Below are positions 1-8,100 of a stretch of DNA of 14,603 nucleotides, piece after piece. The position numbers and the translations under genes were made by a program. Origin of the DNA: Candidatus Bipolaricaulia bacterium (GTDB taxonomy: Bacteria > Bipolaricaulota > Bipolaricaulia > RBG-16-55-9); contig JBDGQO010000059.1 of assembly GCA_042219045.1 (NCBI GenBank), forward strand, positions 1-14,603, read 5' to 3'. Under the pieces are notes generated by a model. It was not told the origin of the DNA. It saw only the letters and a program-made list of their open reading frames with translations, and ran no database searches. How positions within the stretch are numbered: position 1 is the first letter of the stretch; every line of letters begins with the position of its first letter.

Positions 1-152
1 AAAGAGGGCAGGTTATAAAAGTGAGTCACCTTGGTGTTGATGCGATTGCCGTGGGGCTCGCGGGGCCCTCGCGGGTCGCATGCGGCGTGCCGCGAGGGAA
101 AGCCTGCCTCCTCCAGCAGTAAGGGGGCGGCTTCCGGCACGTCCGGCCCGCA

Positions 153-1268
153 TCAGCCCGCCCGCAGGGTCGCCACGGCGCGGCGCACCACCTGCTCGGC
201 CGCGGCGGTCGGGCTCGCGTCGGGGTCCAGGGGGGTAGCGGCGCGCTTCCCGCGCTTGAGGGCCGTCCGCGCGGTCGACCGACTCAGGTCGTCGAGGGTG
301 CTCTGGCGCAGGCGGGACAGGATGGAGACGTACAGGTTGTACCGGCCCTCGGCCTTCCGCAGAAGCTGGGGGGCCGAGGGCACCGTGGGCGCCTCCATTC
401 CGCCGTTGGCCCGTCCGTTCTCGCCGGGCGTCCACTCCGCCTCCCGCGGCCGATCGTCGCCGGGCGGGTCCTCCTCCCGCGGAATCGGCGGCGGGGTGCC
501 GTTCTCCTCCTGTCGGTGAATCAGGAACCGCACCCGCACCGGCGTCCGCCCGTTGCGCTCCACCATGTAGGTGTAGTAGGCGTCGCAGGTGTCCCGGATC
601 TCGGTGCGGGCCCGCTCCAGCACGTGCCGGCGGAAGTCCGAAAAGCGCTCGTAGGTGTGCTCGCAGCAGAGCACCTCGCGGAGCTCCTCCACCGAGACGC
701 ACAGGTGGCGCAGGCCTTCCCGCATCTTGATCAGCTCATACATCCGCATCGAGTGCTGGGAGCTCAGCTGCATGAAGTTTTGCAGCCGGTACATCGTAAA
801 CTGCCGCTTCAGCTGCAGCAGAAACGGCTCCATGTCCTCGTTGAACTTCGCCTCGATGTAGCCGGAGCCCTCCACGTAGCGGCACGTGGAGAGGCAGTTG
901 TAGCCCTGGTACATGCGCCGCCCGTCCTCGGTGCGGGTGCGCACATGCACCTTCTGGTTCAGCAGTTTGCGGCAAACCTCCTCGGCGCGGTTGTAGATGT
1001 CCCGCGAGGAGACCTGGGCCATGTCCATGAGGTCGCTGATGTGGACCCGCTGCATCTCGAAGGCATCGTCCTCCTGCTTCAGCTGGGCCACCAGCATGGC
1101 CACCACCCGGTGCTCCAGCTTGGTCCAGTTGATGCGCCCCCGGATGAGCTGGTTGGCCTTTACGACGATGTCGGTCTCACCGGGCGGCGGCGCCTCTTCA
1201 ATCTCGTCGACCGGGTCGGGAGACGGCGGCGCCGTCGACGGGGCCGCGGAAGAGGAATCAGGGGGCAT
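153..1268 (-). CDS. repB: Plasmid replication initiator protein, Rep_3 (RepB-like) family, about 371 aa
   Basis: Rep_3-type motifs in ORF 153..1439: IVVKANQLIRGRINWTKLEHRVVAMLVAQL and IEAKFNEDMEPFLLQLKRQFTMYRLQNFMQLSSQHSMRMYELIK...VSVEELREVL...YERFSDFRRHVLERA. Start placed at ATG 1268 (MPPDSS), because the longer N-terminus reads through iteron DNA and does not look protein-like. Stop TGA at 153-155. Adjacent iterons support the call. Confidence 0.9.
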   Translation of the reverse strand: MPPDSSSAAPSTAPPSPDPVDEIEEAPPPGETDIVVKANQLIRGRINWTKLEHRVVAMLVAQLKQEDDAFEMQRVHISDLMDMAQVSSRDIYNRAEEVCRKLLNQKVHVRTRTEDGRRMYQGYNCLSTCRYVEGSGYIEAKFNEDMEPFLLQLKRQFTMYRLQNFMQLSSQHSMRMYELIKMREGLRHLCVSVEELREVLCCEHTYERFSDFRRHVLERARTEIRDTCDAYYTYMVERNGRTPVRVRFLIHRQEENGTPPPIPREEDPPGDDRPREAEWTPGENGRANGGMEAPTVPSAPQLLRKAEGRYNLYVSILSRLRQSTLDDLSRSTARTALKRGKRAATPLDPDASPTAAAEQVVRRAVATLRAG

Positions 1269-1397
1269 GGAAACGGGAACGAGTGATGGAAAACGGCGGA
1301 GGACAGAGCACAGACGTCCGGCGAACATACTTTTCGGCTCTCCGGGCGGTTTCCAACGTCCTTGCGTGCATGCGGACGAGCGACCCCCCAGAACGTA

Positions 1398-1923
1398 ACT
1401 ACGAAAGAATCGGAATGAATAGCCGCTGAGGAGCCGCAAGCGTCCCGCATGGGCCCGCTCAAGGCCACGGATTGCCGATATTCGCGGAGTTTAGGGCGCC
1501 TGCGGAGCCGAAACGTACCGATTCCTTCGCACTGCCCGCGCTACGCCCCCATTTCTTTCGTAGTAGTCGCCGAAGATCCCTCGTGCACCCGCCAGGAGCA
1601 GATCCCAATAGGAATCCCCTTCCCCGATCGGTCCCGATCGTTTCGCACGTCCGGCGGGCCTTCCTCAGGTCTTCACCGGGGGGCGGCCGTCTCCCGATTC
1701 CTTCGCACTTCGGTCCCGATTCGTTCGGGGTTGGCCTCCCGATTCGTTCGTGGCTCCGGAGTGAGGGCCGTACGAGGGGCTTTGGGGCCTATTGGACGCC
1801 ATTTGGGACCACATTGACGTCAAAATAGAGATATTGTCCACGAACGAATCGGGACATTCACTGCACAAAATTGATAACACGTACGTAGCGCGGAGAAAAG
1901 GGCCTACGAACGAATCGGGACAT
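1398..1923. repeat. Iteron-like repeat set (about 9 copies, consensus CCCGATTC[C/G/T]TTCG[C/T])
   Basis: Copies reading cccgattc.ttcg on + at 1518-1532, 1548-1564 (degenerate), 1633-1648 (degenerate), 1693-1708, 1715-1730 and 1738-1753; the last three are spaced 22-23 bp apart. Opposite-orientation copies at 1398-1413, 1838-1857 and 1904-1923. ACGAACGAATCGGGACAT is identical at 1840-1857 and 1906-1923. The set lies directly upstream of the Rep_3 gene. Confidence 0.85.
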
Positions 1924-1990
1924 GTTGGCATTGGGGAAATTCTCGGGGGTTTGGGGTTGACTTTTATGGTATGGCCCGTTAATCTCGGTT
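1693..1990. other. Putative replication origin: iteron core plus AT-rich unwinding region
   Basis: 1801-1880 is 32/80 G+C (40%) by hand count, much lower than the flanking genes, and lies among iterons. It contains DnaA-box-like TTGTCCACG (1834-1842) and the palindromes TTGACGTCAA (1814-1823) and ACGTACGT (1879-1886). This layout matches iteron-type theta replicons. Confidence 0.65.
1957..1985 (+). promoter_or_regulatory. Putative sigma70-type promoter for the secreted-protein gene cluster
   Basis: TTGACT (1957-1962), a 17-nt spacer, then TAATCT (1980-1985), oriented toward the giant gene and about 200 nt before ATG 2190. Confidence 0.55.
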
Positions 1991-2189
1991 ACGACATCAG
2001 CAAAACCCCCTCCGTGCGAGGAGAATACTCTTGCGCAACGGCACGCGGCGGCGCCTGTCCCGTGTCCGGATACTCGAACTGATTTGGGACAACGACTTGC
2101 CATTCCCGATGGGACTTAGCGACACTGCTTCCCGCGCTGAATCGCCCGCGACGACCGAAATGACCTCTCAAAAGCGCACCGCTTCTACG

Positions 2190-5100
2190 ATGAACCTGTC
2201 GAGACTATTCCGCACTGCTCTGCTTTCAGTCTTGGGGCTTTTCCTTGCTGGTGGCCTCATGGCCGCTCAGGCTCAGACGGCCGATGCTGTGGTGGATGAC
2301 GACTTTAGCTCGGTGGACGAGAGCGCATCTCCCTCTGAGTATCCGACCATCCAGCAGGCGATCGATGCTGCTGAGCGAAGCGACTCGGACAGAATCGAGG
2401 TCCGTGCTGGAACCTACAATCAGTCTGTCGACGTCGATCAAGGAAACATCAACCTGACGATCATAGCAGATGATGGGAGCGGAAACCCATCCGGTGCAGT
2501 GGTCGATGGGGGAACGGGCCCCGCGTTCACGGTCGACGAAAGCGGAACGACCATTGAGGACTTCGAACTGCGCAGTGACTTGAGCAGTGCCGGTTCCGTG
2601 GTGGATATCAACAGCGGAACGACCACGCTTCGGAACAACAGCATCATTGCGGAGGCTGGCAACGCGACCGGACAGAATAATTTCGCGGTCAATCTGCAGG
2701 CGCAGTTGACCGCCGAGGGAAATAGCTTTACGTCTGAGGGTGCGACCAACCAGACGTTTGGCATCCGGGCGAGCACCGACGCGGCGGATGGTTCGACGAT
2801 CGGGGGCTCGAATAGTGAAGACCGAAACACATTCAGTGGCATCCGTGTCGCGATGCAGTTTGAGAACGTGGGCGCCGCGACTGTCCAGAACAATGCGTTC
2901 GACAACATCGATCAGGAAGCGGTAATCTTTACCACGAACGACACCAATTCGGAGACGGGTACGATTTCCGTGACCGGAAACGACTTTGGAAACTCCGGGA
3001 CTGTCGGAGGCGGAGTGTTCTTCGTTGATGTCAACAACAATGACAATTTCGACGGCACGCTGTCGGTAACGCAAAACAACTTCCACGACGTTTCTGGGCA
3101 GGCGGTTTCCGTTGGGAATAACTACTCAACTCCCGGAGAAGATATCGGCTCGGCCACGCCGATCGACGCGACCAGCAACTACTACGGCGCTTCCGACGGG
3201 CCGACGGCCGTGGCCGGCCACGGAAGTGGTGCTGGCATAACAGATCGCACCAACGTTGGGGGAGCTGTTCCCTCCAATGAGACGGCCCTCGCCGCGTTCG
3301 TCCCGTTCTGGTCCAGCGCGAATGCAGGTTCTGCTTCGTTCCCAGACGCCGAGCTGATCGTCGACCGGCTCAACGGCGCTGACGAGACCGGGCGGGCCGG
3401 AGACGCAAACTTCGAGTTTGAGACGCTCTCGGAGGCGAAAGCCGAGGCGCTTCCGGGCGAAACGATCGTGGTTGAAGGAAAGGGGGGAGGCAACTACACC
3501 ACCTTCGGTGGACTCAGTGGCCTTGGCGACGCCAAAGCCCGAGTTCAGAGTGGAGGAACCATCACGGTGGACTTCACGATTCGCGCAGAAGCGGACGTCA
3601 GCAACCAAGTTACGCTCAACGCGGTCACCTTCAACCAGTCCGCCGAGGACTTCACGATCAACGTGACGTCCGGAAACGGCGGCTTCTTCAGGGCGACGAA
3701 CGCCTCGAACAGCGTGCGCCTGCAGGCGGGGACGGCCGAGATCGTTGATTCCGGGGCCCTCGAGGTTGCCGGCGGCGGTGAGATGCGGCGCGACGACGGA
3801 TCGTTTAGCTCAGACAGTCAGACCCTCGTCTTTGCCGGCGCCGACGTGGACGTGACCTACGACCAGACCTCTGGAGGCCTTGGTGACATTACCACCGGCC
3901 CGGAGCTTCCTTCCACGCCGGACATCGGAACGCTCACGATTGGAGCGAGTGGCGACGACGTCCGCACGACGTTTGACGTTGGCAAGGTAACCGCGGCGTC
4001 GATCTCCATCGACCCGGGTACGGACGCGACCTTCAATGATGAGCTTGAGGTTGAAACGGACGTCACATCAAGTGCTGTTGTATCTATCGGGAACGGGTCA
4101 GACCTGTCCGTTGAGAAGACGTTCACCGCTTCAGGAGCGATAGCTGCTTCAGACGCCAGCGCCCAAGCGATAAACGCGGCGAGCGGTACCTTCAACGGGG
4201 ATCCTAACCTGAACTCGCCTGGGGGCGTGGTGGTTTCCAACTACGGAAACTCCAATGTCGCGAACGACATTGACGCAGGTAACCATAGCCAGCCCATCAT
4301 TGAAGGTGATGGAAGTGGCACTGGCAACGGAGTAATCGACATGAAGTCGTTGACGATCCGGCTGAACAGTGCGATAGCCGACCAAACCAGCGACAATAAG
4401 CAGACCTTCCGTCCGCAAATTCGCCACATCAACAGCCAGTCGCTAAGCAACCCGGACACCGATATTTCCATCAGCGGCACGGTCGATGCCGACAACCGCG
4501 GGAGTGACGACGGTGATCAGGTGTTTGTTCGGTTCCGTGATAATGGAGAAGATAATACAGTGATTGCCGTCGGCGGGGGCGATGACTTCGCTGAACTCAA
4601 CAGCTTCAACGGTAGCAGTTTCTTGAATGGCACAATTCGCTTTACCGGAGACGCGACAGTGACCTACGGCGACGGCGATGCCGCGGGTTCAGCGGATGTG
4701 GACCTCGCTGACGGCTCCGGGAATGGCGGAGCCATCGAGATTAAAGACGGAGCCACGTTGACCATTGAGAACAACGACAGCAACAACACCAACTCCATCG
4801 CTTATGACCTGGGTCAGACCGGGAGCGCTGGTCCTGTGGCGGGTAGCTTTAGCGGCAGTGGCACGCTCGCTCTCTCGACGACGAACATCGGCGGCAGTGA
4901 GGGGCACACGTTCAATGCTACGCAGCAGGCCAATGGAAACGATATAACAGGTTCTGTCGCGCCCGCTATCTCAATCTCAGGAGGGACGGTAACCTTCGAT
5001 GGTGGTTCAAACGCTTCCGACAACTTGGTCTTCGATACAGGCCCCATTACTGTCAGTGGCGGAACTCTCCTGTATGACAACACCGACGTCAATACCTCCG

Positions 5101-8100
5101 CAAGCCCCACGCACAGGAATACGATCAATGGCGACCTGGTAGTCCAATCGGATGGAACGGTTGACACCGACGATACTGACGGAACGACGGACGACCAACT
5201 CGAGGTCACAGGCACGCTCCAGAACAAGGGCACCGTCGAGCTTGGCGAGGACACCGTAATTGGAGACCTGGACCTTCAGAATGGCTCGTTCTCCACGTCG
5301 AGCGGCGGATTTAACAATGGCCTGGGCCCATCCAACAACATTCCTAACCAGGCGGGCCTTGAGATCGTCAGAGACTTCACGCTGGCGACCGCTGCGGACG
5401 TGTCGATCGATCAGCCCGTCCTCTTCTCGTCAGATGCGACGGACGCGACGATCACGTTGAACAAGACGCTCCGCCTCCAGAACGACTTAATCTTCGACAA
5501 GGGCGCCAGCACCGTCACCGTGACGGGACAGGAGGCCATCCGGGTTGCTGGAAACGTGAATGTGACGAACCCCGGAGGTGCGCCGAAAGCCCAGCTGAAA
5601 ATTAAGCAGGGCAGCTCGATTCGGTTGACCGGAAACGCGGACCTTCATACCGACGAGGTGGACGGAAGCACCAAGAACAAGATTGCCGGTGACGGCGAGA
5701 TCGTGTTCGTCGGAAACAGTACCCCCACGCTGAGCACGAACAATGGCAGCGGAACGGCCCTGTTCGGAAACATAGAGAGTCAGTTGGCCTCCGGCAACAA
5801 CATCGATGTGACCAGTGGCAACGGCGTCTTCTTCACCGGCACCCTCTCGCTGGTCGAGCAAGGCGTGGCCATCTCCGGCTCCGGAAACGATCTCTCCCCG
5901 CGGGGAGACTCCGCTTCTGTGAAGGTTGACGTGACCGGGAGCAATACAACCATTAGCACAAGCAATGGAACGTACAACGCTGCACAAAACACCTATAACC
6001 TTGAGTACTTCGGCGATGGATCGGTGCAGGCCGGAAGCGAGGCCGGAAGTGACTTCCTCGGCGACTTGACGGTTGCGTCCAACGCGAAGGTGAACGTTCC
6101 GAGTGGGCCGTCTCCGGTCACGCCGACGGGGACCGTGACGATCAACGGGACGCTCGGCAACGCGGGAAGCGGAAGCCTCGAGCTCGGTACCGCAGGACAG
6201 ACAATGACGGTCGACGGGGCCATCAGCAGCCTCCCGACGAGCGTTACGGCCGACGGTGCTGTCACGATCAACGGTTCGGGAACGATCGCAGGCGTGTCCG
6301 CGACGAGTTCGAGCCCGAGCACGGACCTGTCGATCAGTGGTGTCACGCAGGTGGGCACGGTTACGGCCAGCGGCGGAAATACCGTCTCCCTGAGCCTGAC
6401 TGGTGATCCTACGAGCGGCGACCAGCGAACGTCCGGTGGGCTCACTGTGAATGGCGGTGCCACCCTCTCGCTCGGTAGTGATATCGATGTGCGGAGCGGC
6501 GGCGTCAACGTGAATCCGGGAAGCAACTCCTCCGGGACGCTCGCCCTCGGAAGCAACACGCTCACCGTTGAGGATGGAAACTTCAACGGAACGGGGACCG
6601 CTTCCTATACCGGCAAGGGTACCGTCGTACTCGCCACCGACGATAATGCGAATTCAGGTGGCCAGACGGTGCCGAATGTGACAGTGACATCCGGCTCTAG
6701 CGTTACGCTGAACGGCGTCCTTGCCTTCGACGGCACGGCGAAGCTGAACGCCAGCCTTGGAGGCGGCAGTGGAGACATCCTGAAGGCGACTGGCTCGACG
6801 GTCAGCATTGAGGGCACATCGGACCTCACGGTTCCGAATTTCACGGTCGAAAGCGGCAACGGTGGAACGACGACGCTCACCGACGCTAGCGATAGCGACA
6901 ACAACGCTGAGGGCCTTATTGTATCCTTCAATTCGGGCGCTAACGGTGAACTCACCCTTGCGAGCGGCACGCTGGATCACGGCACCGATGTGGAGGTGCA
7001 TGGAAACCTCCAGTACGAGCCGCCCAGCCAGTCGACCAACGACTTCACGGTGACGGCCTCCGGCGGGAGCATTGTCCTCAACAGCGCGACGGCGACGCTG
7101 AACCGCGACCTGACGATCCCGTCCCTCGAGACGCAAGGGTCAGCTGCCTCGTCGCTGGCGGCCAACGCCAATAACAATCCCTTCAACCTCACGGTCGGAA
7201 GCGCCCTGACGCTCGACGAGCGGTTCAATACCGACGTGAGCAACACCGGTGACTTGATCATCGGAGACGGTGGGAGCAACAGCAACGTCCAGATTACGCG
7301 GACGGCTGTATACGAGAGTCGGGACGTGCTCGATCAGTCGCTCACGTTTGAGTCGAGCTCCACGACGTACGATCTGACGTACAGCGGGGACGCTTCAGCC
7401 GCCCCCGGGGACAGCGAGCTTGAAACTGGCTTTGAGGCAAGTGCCGGATCAGGGCGCATCGATAGCCTCAAGGTGAACTTGAGTGGTGGTAACGTCGAGT
7501 TCGAGAGCGACTCGAACTTCCTGTCCGGCGACGTGACGGTAAATGAGCGCTTCGAGCTGCTTGGCGGAACCGTCCGGCATACCGATAGCGACGAGCGCCA
7601 GATTGTGATCGCGGACGGCGCGACGCTGCTCCGTGACGACGGCCAGTTTGCGGCGCGGGCCAACGTGTCCGATGCCGTGACACATGCGTCGAGTTCGGCG
7701 TCCTACACGCTGGTCTACGCGGATGAGGACAACAGTGGAAACAGCTTTGACGCCTCGTCCAGCGAGTTCCTGGACACCGGACGGATTGCGCTGGAGACCC
7801 GAATGGACGACGGTAACGCCAACAATACGATTCACGTAGACGTCCTCCCCGGTGACCGCACGGTCACGTCATTCACGATGGACAATGGAGCGGATGACGA
7901 TACCCGACTCCAGAATACAACGGCGGAAGCGTCCAACGCCACTGCATTCGAACTCACTGTAGAGGGTGGCGCCACCCTCAGTGGTGGAGCCGTTCAGACT
8001 GTTATAGCTGAGGACCCCAACGATGGTGACCAGTTTGCAACTATCGGAAACGGCACGCTCGACGTGGCCGGAAATATCTCGGTTGGCGGGGCGACGGTCG

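Noticed and set aside
41..98. Inverted repeat CCCTCGCGG/CCGCGAGGG (66-98) downstream of rep as a terminator
   Set aside because: A 9-bp stem with a 15-nt loop in very GC-rich DNA and no U-tract on the rep strand; this could be chance.
13..1398. ORFs 13..702, 31..519, 516..1286 and 997..1398 overlapping rep
   Set aside because: Alternative-frame or antisense translations of rep with R/G/P/A-rich or shadow-like composition.
1518..1923. Repeats as a possible CRISPR array
   Set aside because: The units are only 15-18 bp, occur in both orientations, have irregular spacing (gaps from 6 to about 85 bp), and no cas genes are present. Position beside Rep_3 favours iterons.
1449..2171. Short ORFs across the intergenic region (e.g. 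1449..1817, 1665..1931, 1792..2082)
   Set aside because: Their repeated peptides (PDSFV, TNESGH) are simply translated iterons; there is no coding evidence.
2031..2189. Upstream in-frame extension of the giant ORF (track start 2031)
   Set aside because: The signal peptide begins at ATG 2190 (possibly 2160). The extra residues would bury it and do not look protein-like.
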